DNA of 64,000 nucleotides from Nannocystis bainbridge (GTDB lineage Bacteria; Myxococcota_A; Polyangia; Nannocystales; Nannocystaceae): NCBI RefSeq assembly GCF_028368995.1, contig NZ_JAQNDL010000004.1:691882-755881 (forward strand). Direction: 5' to 3'. Shown piece by piece: positions 29,423-40,793 of this stretch. The position numbers and the translations under genes were made by a program. Each line of letters opens with the position of its first letter. The first letter of the stretch is position 1. The notes beneath the pieces were generated by a model that worked only from the letters and a program-made list of their open reading frames with translations, made no database searches and was not told the origin of the DNA.

Positions 29423-31489
29423 ATGCACTCGCCCAAGCACAAGCCCGCCCGCGGGCCGAGCATCCGTCGCGCCGCCATCGAGGCGTTCACGAAGCTCGAT
29501 CCCCGGCGCATGGTGCGAAACCCGGTCATGTTCGTGGTCGAGGTCGGCAGCGTCCTCACGACCATCCTCGCCGTCCAGGCCCTGGTCGGCGAGGGGGAGG
29601 CCCCCTTCGGGTTCATCGCCGGCGTCGCCGCCTGGCTGTGGTTCACGGTGCTGTTCGCCAACTTCGCCGAGGCGCTTGCCGAGGGCCGCGGCAAGGCGCA
29701 GGCCGAGAGCCTGCGCAAGGCCCGGCAGCACGTGCAGGCGCGCCGGCTGGCCGAGCGCGACCGACACGCCAAGGCCGTGCAAGTGCCGGCAGCGCAGCTC
29801 CGCCGTGGCGACCTCGTCCTCGTGATCGCCGGCGACACAGTTCCCGGCGACGGCGACGTGGTCGAGGGCATCGCCTCCGTCGACGAGAGTGCCGTGACGG
29901 GCGAATCAGCGCCGGTCATCCGCGAGAGCGGCGGCGACCGCAGCGCCGTCACCGGCGGCACGCGGGTGCTGTCGGACTGGATCATCGTCGAGATCCGCAG
30001 CAATCCCGGCGAGACCTTCCTCGATCGCATGATTGCGATGGTCGAGGGCGCCAAGCGCAAGAAGACGCCGAACGAGATCGCGCTCGACATCTTGCTCGCC
30101 GGGCTGTCGCTGGTGTTCTTGCTCGCCTGCGCGACGCTGTACCCGTTCTCGCTCTACGCGCTCGAGACGCGCGGCCAGGGCGCCCCGGTGCCGATCACCG
30201 TGCTCGTCGCGCTGCTCGTGTGTCTGATCCCGACCACGATCGGCGGACTCCTGTCGGCGATCGGCATCGCCGGTATGGATCGCCTGATCCGCGCCAACGT
30301 GATCGCTACGTCGGGGCGCGCGGTCGAGGCCGCCGGCGACGTCGACGTCCTCCTGCTCGACAAGACCGGCACGATCACGATCGGCAATCGTCAGGCGGTC
30401 GAACTGCTGCCGGCGGCGGGCGTGAAGGTCGAGGTGCTCGCGGAGGCCGCCCAGCTCGCCTCGCTGGCCGACGAGACGCCCGAGGGCCGCAGCATCGTCG
30501 TCCTCGCCAAGGAGAAGTACGGCCTGCGCCAGCGCGAGCTCGCCAACACCGAGGCGCGCTTCATCGCCTTCACGGCGCACACTCGCATGAGCGGCGTCGA
30601 TCTCGCCGGTCGCGAGATCCGCAAGGGCGCCGCCGACGCGATCGGCAAGCACCTCAAAGCCAAGGGCGGCGGTCTGAGCCCCGACATCCAGGCCCTCGTG
30701 CAGACGATCGCCAAGAGCGGCGGGACCCCGCTGGTCGTCTCCGAGGGGTCGAGGGCGCTCGGCGTCGTGCACCTGAAGGACATCGTCAAGGGAGGGATCC
30801 GCGAGCGCTTCGCCGAGTTCCGGCGGATCGGCATCGAGACGATCATGATCACCGGAGACAACCCGCAGACCGCCGGCGCGATCGCGGCGGAGGCCGGGGT
30901 CGACAGCTTCCAGGCCGAGGCCACCCCCGAGACCAAGCTGGCGCTGATCCGCAGCAAGCAGGCGGCCGGTCACCTGGTCGCTATGACCGGCGACGGCACC
31001 AACGACGCGCCCGCGCTGGCGCAGGCCGACGTCGCGGTGGCGATGAACACGGGTACGCAGGCGGCGAAAGAGGCCGGCAACATGGTCGACCTCGACTCCG
31101 ACCCGACCAAGCTCCTCGACATCGTCGAGATCGGCAAGCAGATGCTGATGACCCGCGGGGCGCTGACGACCTTCAGCGTCGCCAACGACGTCGCCAAGTA
31201 CTTCGCCATCATTCCGGCCGCCTTCGCGGTGACCTATCCGGATTTGCGCGCGCTCGACCTGATGCACCTGCACTCACCGCAGAGCGCGGTGCTCGCGGCG
31301 GTGATCTTCAACGCGATCATCATCATCCTGCTGGTGCCGATCGCGCTGCGCGGCGTGAAGGTGCGGCCGCTCCCGGCGGCGGCGCTGCTGCGGCGCAACC
31401 TCCTGATCTTCGGGCTCGGCGGCCTCGTCGCGCCCTTCATCGGGATCAAGCTCATCGACATGGTCATCACGACCGTCGGCGTCGCCTGA
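29423..31489 (+). CDS. kdpB: K+-transporting ATPase subunit B
   Basis: Motifs [20 protein letters not shown] and [15 protein letters not shown]. Confidence 0.97.
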   Translation: MHSPKHKPARGPSIRRAAIEAFTKLDPRRMVRNPVMFVVEVGSVLTTILAVQALVGEGEAPFGFIAGVAAWLWFTVLFANFAEALAEGRGKAQAESLRKARQHVQARRLAERDRHAKAVQVPAAQLRRGDLVLVIAGDTVPGDGDVVEGIASVDESAVTGESAPVIRESGGDRSAVTGGTRVLSDWIIVEIRSNPGETFLDRMIAMVEGAKRKKTPNEIALDILLAGLSLVFLLACATLYPFSLYALETRGQGAPVPITVLVALLVCLIPTTIGGLLSAIGIAGMDRLIRANVIATSGRAVEAAGDVDVLLLDKTGTITIGNRQAVELLPAAGVKVEVLAEAAQLASLADETPEGRSIVVLAKEKYGLRQRELANTEARFIAFTAHTRMSGVDLAGREIRKGAADAIGKHLKAKGGGLSPDIQALVQTIAKSGGTPLVVSEGSRALGVVHLKDIVKGGIRERFAEFRRIGIETIMITGDNPQTAGAIAAEAGVDSFQAEATPETKLALIRSKQAAGHLVAMTGDGTNDAPALAQADVAVAMNTGTQAAKEAGNMVDLDSDPTKLLDIVEIGKQMLMTRGALTTFSVANDVAKYFAIIPAAFAVTYPDLRALDLMHLHSPQSAVLAAVIFNAIIIILLVPIALRGVKVRPLPAAALLRRNLLIFGLGGLVAPFIGIKLIDMVITTVGVA

Positions 31490-31502
31490 GGAGGACACGA
31501 GC

Positions 31503-32075
31503 ATGCTGAGCGCCATTCGTCCCGCCCTGATCCTGCTGGCCCTCTTGACCGCCGTCACCGGCGTGGTCTACCCGCTGCTCGTGACGGGGATCGCTACCGT
31601 GCTGTTTCCTGATAAGGCCCATGGCTCGCTGGTTGTCGCGTCGTCGGGCCCCGTCGGCTCCGAGCTCGTCGGACAGAACTTCACCAGACCGGGTGATTTC
31701 TGGAGCCGTCCCTCGGCGGTCCACTACGACGCGAGCTCCTCGGGCGCGAGCAACATGGGGCCGCTGAATGAGGGCCTGCACGAGGCCGTCGCGGCGCGAA
31801 TCGCTGCGCTGCAGGCAGCCGACCCCGAGGCCGAGCTGCCGGTCCCCGCCGATCTCGTGCTCGCGTCGGGGTCGGGCCTCGACCCGCATATCTCGCCGGA
31901 GGCAGCCCGCTACCAGGCGCGTCGCGTCGCGCAGGCACGCCGCCTGCCCAGGGCAGAAGTGCTCATGCTGATCGAGGCCCACACCGAGGGGCGCACGCTC
32001 GGTATCCTCGGGGAACCGCGCGTGAACGTGCTTCGCCTCAACCGCGCCCTCGAGGGGCTCCGATCCTCGCCATGA
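31503..32075 (+). CDS. kdpC: K+-transporting ATPase subunit C
   Basis: Motifs SGSGLDPHIS and GEPRVNVLRLN. Confidence 0.96.
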   Translation: MLSAIRPALILLALLTAVTGVVYPLLVTGIATVLFPDKAHGSLVVASSGPVGSELVGQNFTRPGDFWSRPSAVHYDASSSGASNMGPLNEGLHEAVAARIAALQAADPEAELPVPADLVLASGSGLDPHISPEAARYQARRVAQARRLPRAEVLMLIEAHTEGRTLGILGEPRVNVLRLNRALEGLRSSP

Positions 32076-34786
32076 ACCGCATGGAGCTCGACGACGACCG
32101 TCCTGACCCCGAGGCCCTCCTCGAGGTCGCGCGCGCCGAGGAGGCCAAGGCCAAGCGCGGCGAGCTGAAGATCTTCTTCGGCGCGGCCCCGGGCGTCGGC
32201 AAGACGTACGCGATGCTCGAGGCGGCGCGGCGCGCCCGGGCCGAGGGGATCGACGTCGTCGTCGGCATCGTCGAGACGCACGGGCGCAGCGAGACGGCGG
32301 CGCTGCTGGAGGGGCTCGATCGCCTCCCGCTGCGCACGATCGAGTATCGCGGCAAGGCGCTCCAGGAGTTCGACCTGGAGGCTGCGCTCGCGCGCCGACC
32401 CGAGCTGCTGCTCGTCGACGAGCTCGCGCACACGAATGTGCCCGGCTGCCAACATCGCAAGCGCTGGCAGGATGTCGATCTCTTGCTCGCCAGCGGTATC
32501 GACGTCTACACCACCCTCAACGTCCAACACCTCGAGAGTCTCAACGACGTCGTCGCCCAGATCACGTGGATCCGCGTCCGCGAGACGATCCCCGACGCGG
32601 TGTTCGACCGCGCCGACGACGTCGAGCTGTGCGACCTGCCGGCCGACGAACTGCTGGAGCGGCTCAAGGAGGGCAAGGTCTACCTGCCCGAGCAGGCCCG
32701 GCACGCGACCGAGGCTTTCTTCCGCAAGGGCAACCTGCTCGCGCTGCGCGAGATGGCGCTGCGGCGCATGGCCCAGCGGGTCGACAGCGACGTGCAGGCG
32801 TATCGCCGCGCGCACGGGATCTCGACCACCTGGGCCATGTCCGAGCGGATCCTCGTGTGCATCGGCCCGAGCCCCAACGGGCCGCGGCTGGTTCGCGCCG
32901 CGGCCCGCATGGCGGCGGGGCTGCGCGCCGAGTGGATCGCGCTGCACGTCGAGACGCCGCGCCTGGCGCTCGTGCGCGCGACGGGTCGCGGGGCTCTGGT
33001 CGAGACGATTCGTCTCGCTGAGTCGCTCGGGGCCGAGGTCGTCAACATCAGCGGCGAGCCGATCGGCGAGCGGCTCCTCGAGTACGCGCGCGCGCGCAAC
33101 GTCACCCGCCTCGTCGTCGGCAAGCCGAGCCAGCCGCGCTGGCGCGAGCTGCTCGGCGGTTCGGTGCTCGACACGCTGGTCCGCGGCAGCGGCGCGATCG
33201 ACGTCCACGTGATCTCCGGGGACGAGGGTCCTGGGGCTCGCCGGCCGATGCTGCGGCCCGTGACGCCGAGTCGCGCACGACCGATCCCCTACGCGTGGGC
33301 GGTCGGCAGCGTCGCCGGCGTGACCGGACTGTGCACGCTGCTCTACAGCTACGTCGACATGTCCGACATCATCATGCTCTACCTGCTGGTGATCATGATG
33401 ACGGCGGCCCGCTTCGGCCGCGGACCGTCGATGCTGGCCGCGGTCCTGAGCGTCGCCTCCTTCGACTTCTGCTTCGTTCCGCCGTTTTATACGTTCGCAG
33501 TCGCGGATGCGCGCTACATGCTGACCTTCGGCGTGATGCTCCTGGTCGGCATCGTCATCTCGGGCCTTACCGAGCGCGTGCGCATGCAGGCCGAGGCGGC
33601 CCGCGGGCGTGAGCAGCGGACGGCGATCCTCTACTCGCTGAGCCGCGAGCTGGCGCAGCTCCGCCACAAGCAGAGCATCGGCACGAGCGCCGCTCGCCAC
33701 GTCGCCGAGCTCGCCGGGGGACGCGTGGTCGTCCTCGTCGCAGGAGCGGACGATTCGCTGACGCCGCTGCAAGGGACCGACGTCGAGCTCGTGGCAGATC
33801 CGCTGGAGCAGGCCGCCGCCCGCCAGGCGTTCGAGCGGGGCCCGGCGGGCGCGGGCACCGATACGCTGTCGTCCGCCAAAGCCCTCTACGTGCCGCTCCA
33901 GGCGGTCGGTCGCACGATCGGTGTCCTCGGCGTGACGACCGGGGACCCCGTCCGCCTGCGTCATCTCGCGGAGCAGGAGCTCTTGGCGGCGATGAGCGGC
34001 CAGGTCGCGCTGGCGCTCCACCGCGTGCTGCTCGCTCAGGAGGCGCAACAGGCCGAGCTCCGCGCGCGCACGGAGGAGCTGCGGGGGGCCCTCCTCAGCT
34101 CGGTCAGCCACGACTTGCGCACGCCCTTGACCGCGATCAGCACGGCCGCCAGCGTGCTCGGCCAGGCGGGCCCGATGGCGGACGAAAAGCGGCGCGAGTT
34201 CGCGAGCTCGATCTACGAAGAGGCGCTCGGCCTCGGCCGGCTCGTCACGAACCTCCTGCACATGACGCGGCTCGAGACCCAGGGTGTCGCGCTGCGACGC
34301 GAGTGGACGCCGCTCGAGGATCCTATCGGCGCGGCGTTGACCCGGCTCGAGCGGGCGCTCGCGGGTCACATGGTGAACGTGTCGCTCGCGCCCGACCTAC
34401 CGCCAGTGCTGCTCGACGAGGTGCTGTTCGAGCATTTGATGCTCAACCTGCTGGAGAACGCCGCCAAGTACACGCCGCCTGGCAGCGCCATCGACATGTC
34501 TGCGCGCGTCGAAGGCGCCTCGGTCGTGGTCGAGGTCGCGGACCGCGGCGACGGGATCCCCGCTGGCCAGGAGGACCGGATCTTCGAAAAGTACTTCCGG
34601 GTCGGCGGCCCCGCTCAGGGCGGCTTCGGGCTCGGTCTGGCGATCTGCCGCGCGATCGCGGTGGCTCACGGCGGCACCATCACCGCGGCCAACCGACCGC
34701 AGGGCGGCGCGCTCTTTCGCGTCACGATGCCGATCGGTGAGGAGACGCAGACCGCCCTCCCGTCCGCGCAGGAGGCGACAGCATGA
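32072..34786 (+). CDS. kdpD: Sensor histidine kinase KdpD
   Basis: GAAPGVGKTYAML, DELAHTN, USP-like domain, 4 TM segments, SHDLRTP and HATPase motifs. Confidence 0.96.
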   Translation: MNRMELDDDRPDPEALLEVARAEEAKAKRGELKIFFGAAPGVGKTYAMLEAARRARAEGIDVVVGIVETHGRSETAALLEGLDRLPLRTIEYRGKALQEFDLEAALARRPELLLVDELAHTNVPGCQHRKRWQDVDLLLASGIDVYTTLNVQHLESLNDVVAQITWIRVRETIPDAVFDRADDVELCDLPADELLERLKEGKVYLPEQARHATEAFFRKGNLLALREMALRRMAQRVDSDVQAYRRAHGISTTWAMSERILVCIGPSPNGPRLVRAAARMAAGLRAEWIALHVETPRLALVRATGRGALVETIRLAESLGAEVVNISGEPIGERLLEYARARNVTRLVVGKPSQPRWRELLGGSVLDTLVRGSGAIDVHVISGDEGPGARRPMLRPVTPSRARPIPYAWAVGSVAGVTGLCTLLYSYVDMSDIIMLYLLVIMMTAARFGRGPSMLAAVLSVASFDFCFVPPFYTFAVADARYMLTFGVMLLVGIVISGLTERVRMQAEAARGREQRTAILYSLSRELAQLRHKQSIGTSAARHVAELAGGRVVVLVAGADDSLTPLQGTDVELVADPLEQAAARQAFERGPAGAGTDTLSSAKALYVPLQAVGRTIGVLGVTTGDPVRLRHLAEQELLAAMSGQVALALHRVLLAQEAQQAELRARTEELRGALLSSVSHDLRTPLTAISTAASVLGQAGPMADEKRREFASSIYEEALGLGRLVTNLLHMTRLETQGVALRREWTPLEDPIGAALTRLERALAGHMVNVSLAPDLPPVLLDEVLFEHLMLNLLENAAKYTPPGSAIDMSARVEGASVVVEVADRGDGIPAGQEDRIFEKYFRVGGPAQGGFGLGLAICRAIAVAHGGTITAANRPQGGALFRVTMPIGEETQTALPSAQEATA

Positions 34787-35496
34787 GCGAGCCCGGAGCC
34801 TTGATCCTCATCGTCGAGGACGAACCGTCGGTGCGGCGATCGTTACGGACGATCCTGCTCGACTGCGGGTTTCGGGTCGTGGAGACCGAGACCGCGGCCG
34901 AGGCAGTGCTGCGGGCCAGGGAGCACAACCCCGACCTCGTCCTCCTCGACCTCGGGCTGCCCGACCGGGACGGCCTCACGGTCGTCACGGCGATGCGAGC
35001 CTGGTCGCTGGCGCCGGTGATCGTCCTGTCGGCGCGCGGCCAGGAGGACGACAAGGTCACAGCGCTCGATTCCGGCGCCGACGACTATCTCATGAAGCCA
35101 TTCAGTGCCAACGAGCTGCTGGCGCGGATCCGCGTCGCGCTGCGGCACGTCGCGCAGCGGACCCCGCTTCGTGATCCCGTGGTCGAGCTGGGCGACGTGA
35201 GGGTCGACCTCGGTCGTCGGGTGGTGACGCGGTCGGGGCAGGAGATTCACCTGACCCCGCACGAATACAAGCTCCTCGAGGTCCTGCTGCGACACGCGGA
35301 TCGGGTCGTCACGCACCGGCAACTGCTGAACGAAGTGTGGGGACCGGGACATTCCACGGAGACCCGCTATCTCCGCGTCTACATGGTCGCGCTGCGGCAG
35401 AAGCTCGAGCCCGTGCCGGGGCGCCCGCGCTGGATCATCACCGAGCCCGGCGTGGGCTACCGTCTTCGGCTCGACCGCGAATTAGCATCGTCTTAA
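34783..35496 (+). CDS. kdpE: Response regulator KdpE
   Basis: LLDLGLPD receiver and OmpR-type C-terminus YLRVYM..TEPGVGYRL. Confidence 0.94.
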   Translation: MSEPGALILIVEDEPSVRRSLRTILLDCGFRVVETETAAEAVLRAREHNPDLVLLDLGLPDRDGLTVVTAMRAWSLAPVIVLSARGQEDDKVTALDSGADDYLMKPFSANELLARIRVALRHVAQRTPLRDPVVELGDVRVDLGRRVVTRSGQEIHLTPHEYKLLEVLLRHADRVVTHRQLLNEVWGPGHSTETRYLRVYMVALRQKLEPVPGRPRWIITEPGVGYRLRLDRELASS

Positions 35497-35529
35497 CCCG
35501 CAGCTCTCTACGCTGGCAGCACGTCGTTC

Positions 35530-37047
35530 ATGTGCATGCCGGTTCCGCTCTTTATCTCGCTCGTCAGGCTGCTGGCAGCCGTGGCCCCCGCCGAGCCGTC
35601 GCCGCCCGGCTCGGCGTCCCCGACCGCGCCCGCAGCCGCTCCTTCCGCCCCGTCTGCGGGGTCCACGGCGCCCTCTGCAGACCCGGGGGCTACGCGCTCG
35701 CTTCCGCCCTGGACGCCCCCGGACGACGAGGACGAGGTCCAGGGCGCGCTGCCCGGCACCGATGCGGCGTCCGTGAACAACCCGGCGATCTCGGCCGGGC
35801 GAACTCCGGCAGCGCCGGCCGCGGTGCCTGTGGGCCCCCGCGAGGAGGCGGACGAGGACCGGGTACAGAAGACATTGCCGGGGACGGACGCGGCGGCGGT
35901 GAACAACCCCGCGATCTCGGCCGGTGACAAGATGGACCCGAACGGGGTCGCCGGCTTCAAGGCGTGGGAAGTCGGCGGCTTCATCGACGTCAACTACAGC
36001 TACAACAGCAACAACCCCGACAATCATGTCTACCGCGGCACGAGCGTGCAGCCGCGGACCGGCGAGTTCTCGCTCAACCACGCGGTCGCGTACATCCGCC
36101 GCGATGCGATTCCGGGCCGCTTCTCGCCGCTGTTCGAGTTCGCCGCGCAGGGCGGTCCGGCCGCCGACGCGCTGGTCGCCTACGAGCCGAACCCGGGCGG
36201 CGCCAACGGCAAATTCGCCGGACCGGAGGTGTGGAAGCATATCTCGCGGGCCACCATCGGGTTTCGCACCCGTCACGGCACGGAGTTGGTCGCGGGCCTG
36301 CACCTGAGCCCCGTCGGTATCGGCATTCACTGGAGTCCCTACAACTGGAACTACACGGTCACCTGGCAGCTCAACAGCGTGCCGTACTACCTCTCGGGCA
36401 TCAAGTTCGCGCAGACGATCCGCGACAAGCACCAGGTCCAATTGTGGGTGACCAACGGCTGGCAGATCCTCGCCGACAACAACAAGGCGCCGAGCGTGAT
36501 GCTGGGCTACACCTTCACGCCGAGCGAGCGCTTCAACTTCGGCGAGTACGTATGGATCGGCCCCGAGCAGGCCGACATGCGCCCGAATGCCTGGCGACTG
36601 TTCTCCGACTCGCAGTTCACCTACAACACCGAGCGCTTCGGCATCGGCGGGCTGTTCGACGTCGGCGCCGACCCGCGCACCGACCTGCCGCTGACGCCGT
36701 GGCAGATGTGGATGAACGGGGCGATCTTCACTCGCTGGCGCGTGCTCGGGAAGGAGCGCACGTGGGACATGGCCCTGCGCCCCGAGTTCTTCTGGGACCG
36801 CGACGGCCGGATGTTCGGCGTCCCGCAGACCTTGATCTCGGGCGCCTTCACCAACAACTTCCGCATCTTCAACAACCTCCTGTTGCGCGTCGAGTACCGC
36901 TACGACCACTCGACCAACCCCAATGGCTTCTTCTACCGCGGGGCCGCGATCGCCGACGACGCCATGGGCCTCGGACGCGACCAGCACACCGTGTTCTTCA
37001 GCGCCGCGGGCGTGTTCGCCCACCGCTTCGGCGGCAAGCGCCCATGA
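35530..37047 (+). CDS. Outer-membrane beta-barrel porin associated with kdp
   Basis: Signal peptide, aromatic-rich amphipathic strands, LRVEYRYD near the C-terminus. Confidence 0.75.
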   Translation: MCMPVPLFISLVRLLAAVAPAEPSPPGSASPTAPAAAPSAPSAGSTAPSADPGATRSLPPWTPPDDEDEVQGALPGTDAASVNNPAISAGRTPAAPAAVPVGPREEADEDRVQKTLPGTDAAAVNNPAISAGDKMDPNGVAGFKAWEVGGFIDVNYSYNSNNPDNHVYRGTSVQPRTGEFSLNHAVAYIRRDAIPGRFSPLFEFAAQGGPAADALVAYEPNPGGANGKFAGPEVWKHISRATIGFRTRHGTELVAGLHLSPVGIGIHWSPYNWNYTVTWQLNSVPYYLSGIKFAQTIRDKHQVQLWVTNGWQILADNNKAPSVMLGYTFTPSERFNFGEYVWIGPEQADMRPNAWRLFSDSQFTYNTERFGIGGLFDVGADPRTDLPLTPWQMWMNGAIFTRWRVLGKERTWDMALRPEFFWDRDGRMFGVPQTLISGAFTNNFRIFNNLLLRVEYRYDHSTNPNGFFYRGAAIADDAMGLGRDQHTVFFSAAGVFAHRFGGKRP

Positions 37048-37066
37048 CCCAGCCATCGGAGGTCGG

Positions 37067-37252
37067 ATGTCTCCACTGATCATACTCCTCGTCGTATTCG
37101 CCGGCTTCGGGATCTACGGCGCCATCAGCGATCGGGCCGACGATCGGGCCCGCCGCCGGAAGGCGCTCCGTCACACGCTCGAGCAATTGCCGGTCGATCG
37201 TCGGCAACCCCGGACCATGCCTCGCGCCGGGGAGAGGCGGACGCCTCGGTGA
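37067..37252 (+). CDS. Small single-TM protein
   Basis: GGAGGT RBS; MSPLIILLVVFAGFGIYGAIS. Confidence 0.5.
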   Translation: MSPLIILLVVFAGFGIYGAISDRADDRARRRKALRHTLEQLPVDRRQPRTMPRAGERRTPR

Positions 37253-38206
37253 GCGCCGAGTAACTTCATCGGCCGGCAAACGGCGGAGAGCGCGCACCGC
37301 GCTCGAATGAGACGCTTCCGACCCTGGCCCATCCAGGGCCGACGACTGGTGTCCCGGAGTCGACCGACCGAGACGTGGGCGGCATCGTGGCACCTCAGAG
37401 AGCTGGGCTTGGCTCACGGCTCGCAGAACCAGCCGAGGATCGCGGCGTCCCCGAGCGTGTGTCAGCCGAGCGCCAGGGCGACGAGGAGATAGCCCGTGTT
37501 CCAGCCGTAGCCGTAGAGGTGGTGCAGGACCACGAACACGCCGCCGCCGATCACCAGCTCGGTGGCGTCGGCACGTCCATGCCGACACGAGTCTATCAGG
37601 GCTTGCCGCCGCCGGGCGGCTGGGTCCCCAGGTTGTTCGGGGCGCCGCCGGAGTGCCTGGACGGACAACTGCATCCGTCCACCAGCGCAGCGGCGGCGAT
37701 CACGACGACCACAAGGAACCATACCGCCGACTTCTCGGTCTCGATCGCCAGATCGCCGAGCCCTTGCCCGAGCTGTTCGTCCGTCAGCGGCTCGCCGTGG
37801 ATCGGGCACGGGAGCGCGACGTGGGCCGTGATGAAGCGGCGTTTCCGCCACCGACGCGTCGACAACTCGCGCGATCGACCCGCCAGGGTGTAGTCGACGG
37901 CGCGCAACTTTGGCGTGGTCGACCACGAGCGCCGCGTGTCGTCGCGCTCGACGCATTCCCGCAATGGGAGCATGCGGACGATTGCACCGCATGTTCTGCC
38001 GTCAGCCGGGCGCGATCTCAGAACAGGGTGTAGACGAACGGGGCGACGTAGGCGAGGCCGCCGGTGAGCCATAGCAGGACGCCGGCGAGCAGCAGGACGA
38101 TCAGCCGCGGGGCGCCATCGCGCATCCGGGGCTGTGAGCAGGGCCAGACACCCCCCCGGCCCAAGCCTTGAGGCCGCGGGTCTGCGGGCCGTCGGGCCAG
38201 CGCCCC

Positions 38207-38782
38207 TCACTGGCAGCAGCCGTCCGGCAGCTTGTAGTCCGGGCGTGGCTCGCACCCGATCACGCGGCCCCGGGCGTCGACCGTGATGTCGCAACACTCG
38301 TCAAGCATTACGCGCAGGCGAGCACGCCCTCGCTGCACACGGGACTTCATCCCGGACAGCGAGACACCGAGCATCGCGGCCGCGTCCTTCTGCGTCAGTC
38401 CTTCGAGCTCGGTCAACGTCAGTGCTTCGCGGTAGGGCGACGGGAGCGCCGCCACGAACGGCGCGAGGTACGTGGCGAGCTCGCGCTCGACCGCGCCGTC
38501 GTCCTCCTCGTCGTCCGCGGCGGGCTCGTCGGCCGCTTCGAGAGACGCCAGCGGGTGCCGCAGGGCCGCGCGCTGGTGGTCGACGATGGCGCTCCGGGCG
38601 ACCTGGTACACCCACGGCCCGAAACGATCCTCGTCACGGAGGTGGGGCAAGCTCTTCTGCATGCGCAAGAAAATGTCCTGAAGGACATCTTCGGCGTCGG
38701 CCCCGGCGACGCGGCGCGCGACGAACGGACGGAGCTTGCGTTCTAGCTCCCGCCACGCGCCGCGCATCTCCAACGTGATCAT
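38207..38782 (-). CDS. sigZ: ECF sigma factor, SigZ-like
   Basis: AEDVLQDIFL, WVYQVAR, SGMKSRVQRGR and CC motifs; adjacent to ars genes. Confidence 0.8.
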   Translation of the reverse strand: MITLEMRGAWRELERKLRPFVARRVAGADAEDVLQDIFLRMQKSLPHLRDEDRFGPWVYQVARSAIVDHQRAALRHPLASLEAADEPAADDEEDDGAVERELATYLAPFVAALPSPYREALTLTELEGLTQKDAAAMLGVSLSGMKSRVQRGRARLRVMLDECCDITVDARGRVIGCEPRPDYKLPDGCCQ

Positions 38783-38897
38783 GTCGAGTGACCTCCCGGC
38801 CGGTCGGGTTGGACGCCTGGTCGCGTCCCGTCGATCACCATGTCAGAGCCGTTGCAGCGCCGCAACGCCCCGGACACTGCCGCGACGCTGCGGCCAA

Positions 38898-39455
38898 TCA
38901 TGCCGGGGCCTTCGCGTTGGCGGACTGAGCCCCGCGCAAGCCGAGGTAGACGTGCAGGAGACCGAGGACGATCGCGCCCGGTACCAGGTTGATGGCGAGC
39001 GCGGCGCTGAACCCCGGCATCGGCGTATGGAGCACCGTGGGGCCGTCGAGCGTCCATGCGGAGGCGGGTCGAGCGGCAAGGACGAGCGCCAGCGACGCCG
39101 CGTGCAGCATCGTCAGCGTGACGTGCACGGTGTACTCCGCGGTGCTCAGGCCCCCCAGCGTCGCCCGGCTGTCACGCTCGATCGCCACGTCCCAGAGCCC
39201 GACCACGAGGTCGAGGACGGCGACTCCGACCGCCGCCCAAAGGAGCGCCCCGGCGGTCGGCGCGGCGAACAAACCGCCGACGAACGCCGGGAAGAGAAGG
39301 GCTCGCAGGGTGTGCAGCCAGTGCTCGCGGCGGGTCTCCGCGCGCTGGTGAAGCCTCAGCCGCCAGAGGTGGATGTAGAGCCCGTCGACCGCGGCGAGGA
39401 CGGCGTAAGCGGCGAGAAGGACCGCGGCGACGTTGGTCAGCGTGGCATCGATCAT
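38898..39455 (-). CDS. Hypothetical membrane protein
   Basis: About 5 hydrophobic segments with conserved-looking His residues. Confidence 0.7.
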   Translation of the reverse strand: MIDATLTNVAAVLLAAYAVLAAVDGLYIHLWRLRLHQRAETRREHWLHTLRALLFPAFVGGLFAAPTAGALLWAAVGVAVLDLVVGLWDVAIERDSRATLGGLSTAEYTVHVTLTMLHAASLALVLAARPASAWTLDGPTVLHTPMPGFSAALAINLVPGAIVLGLLHVYLGLRGAQSANAKAPA

Positions 39456-39474
39456 GGTCGACTCCGTGGTGTGC

Positions 39475-40272
39475 TCAGGCGGCGCCGCCGCGGGGTCGGT
39501 TGGCCTCGATGATCGCCGACGCGACGTAGTTCTCGGCGCCGGACCCCGGGACCCAGTCCTTGATGAACTCTCGGCTCTCGGGCTTGACGCTGATCCTGAT
39601 GTTCTCGAAGCCGGCCTCGCGCAGCAGCGCCTCGAGCACCCCGACCTCGGCCGCACCGGCGACGCAGCCGGTCCGCGCGGCGACTTGCGTCGCCAGCTCC
39701 TCGGGCAAGGTCGCGGTGGCGACGACATCGGAGATGGCGAGCCGCCCGCCCGGCCTCAGCACCCGGAACGCCTCGCGGAACACGGACCCCTTGTCGGGCG
39801 AGAGGTTGATGACGCAGTTCGAGAGGATCACGTCGACCTGCGCATCGGCGACGGGCAGGTGCTCGATCTCGCCGAGCCGAAACTCGACGGTGCGCGCGTC
39901 GAGCTTCCGCGCGTTGGCCCGCGCCTTGGTGATCATGTCCGGCGTCATGTCGACGCCGATCACGCGGCCGGTCGGGCCGACCTGGCGCGCGGCGAGGAAG
40001 CAGTCGAAGCCGCCGCCGCTGCCAAGGTCGAGCACGACCTCGCCGGGCCGCAGCGCCGCGATCGCCTGCGGGTTGCCGCACCCGAGGCCCATGTCGGCCC
40101 CTTCAGGGACGGCGGCCTGCTCCTCGGCCGAGTAACCAAGTTGGTGGCTGGAGTCCGTCTTCGGGCCGCTGCAGCAGCCGGGAGTGCAGCCGCTCGCGGC
40201 GCCGGTGTTGGCGATCTTGGCGTAGTGCTCGCGGACGGCGCCGCGGATCTCGTCGTCGTTCTGGTCGGTCAT
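39475..40272 (-). CDS. arsM: Arsenite S-adenosylmethyltransferase
   Basis: Motifs [29 protein letters not shown] and GCVAGA. Confidence 0.93.
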   Translation of the reverse strand: MTDQNDDEIRGAVREHYAKIANTGAASGCTPGCCSGPKTDSSHQLGYSAEEQAAVPEGADMGLGCGNPQAIAALRPGEVVLDLGSGGGFDCFLAARQVGPTGRVIGVDMTPDMITKARANARKLDARTVEFRLGEIEHLPVADAQVDVILSNCVINLSPDKGSVFREAFRVLRPGGRLAISDVVATATLPEELATQVAARTGCVAGAAEVGVLEALLREAGFENIRISVKPESREFIKDWVPGSGAENYVASAIIEANRPRGGAA

Positions 40273-40353
40273 GATGGTTTCCGCCCCGAAGACGACGACC
40301 CTCCCGAAAGGACGCAGACTTTTTTCGGGCCTCGCCGCCTCCCGCTTTCGGGC

Positions 40354-40393
40354 TTGAATCTCGGCGCCTGAGGCTATATCGTTAAAATGCGAT
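40354..40393 (+). promoter_or_regulatory. Probable arsR promoter (TTGAAT-N17-TATCGT) overlapped by operator ATCG-N8-CGAT
   Basis: -35 at 40354-40359, -10 at 40377-40382, inverted repeat 40378-40393 spanning the ATG. Similar ATCG-N8-CGAA at 40742-40757. Confidence 0.55.
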
Positions 40394-40733
40394 GAGCGAC
40401 GCCGCCCCCTCGGCCTGCTGCCCTCCCTCCGACGACCGCCCGGACCTCCGACCGATCGAGGGGGAGGAGGCCGATCAAGAGCTCGCGGCGCTGGCGAAGG
40501 CGGTCGGACATCCCGCCCGGGTGCAAATCCTCCGGCTACTGGCGCGCCGCGCGTCGTGCGTTTGTGGCGAGATCGTCGACGAGCTCCCGCTCGCGCAGTC
40601 GACCGTGTCGCAGCACCTGAAGGTGCTGAAAGACGCCGGTCTCATCCGCGGCGAGATCGATGGCCCGCGGACCTGTTACTGCATCGACAACCGCGCCCTC
40701 CGTCGGCTAAAGGCGCTCGTGGGTGGCCTCTAG
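40392..40733 (+). CDS. arsR: ArsR/SmtB repressor
   Basis: [31 protein letters not shown] and YCI. Confidence 0.93.
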   Translation: MSDAAPSACCPPSDDRPDLRPIEGEEADQELAALAKAVGHPARVQILRLLARRASCVCGEIVDELPLAQSTVSQHLKVLKDAGLIRGEIDGPRTCYCIDNRALRRLKALVGGL

Positions 40734-40793
40734 CCCGCTAAATCGTCCTTCTACGAACGCGAGCGCCGGCCTCGCGTCGATGGAGTGTTCTGC

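Noticed and set aside
37260-38200. Possible membrane-protein gene(s) on the minus strand
   Set aside because: Hydrophobic stretches are broken by stops and frame changes and match no family I can name; probably decayed DNA.
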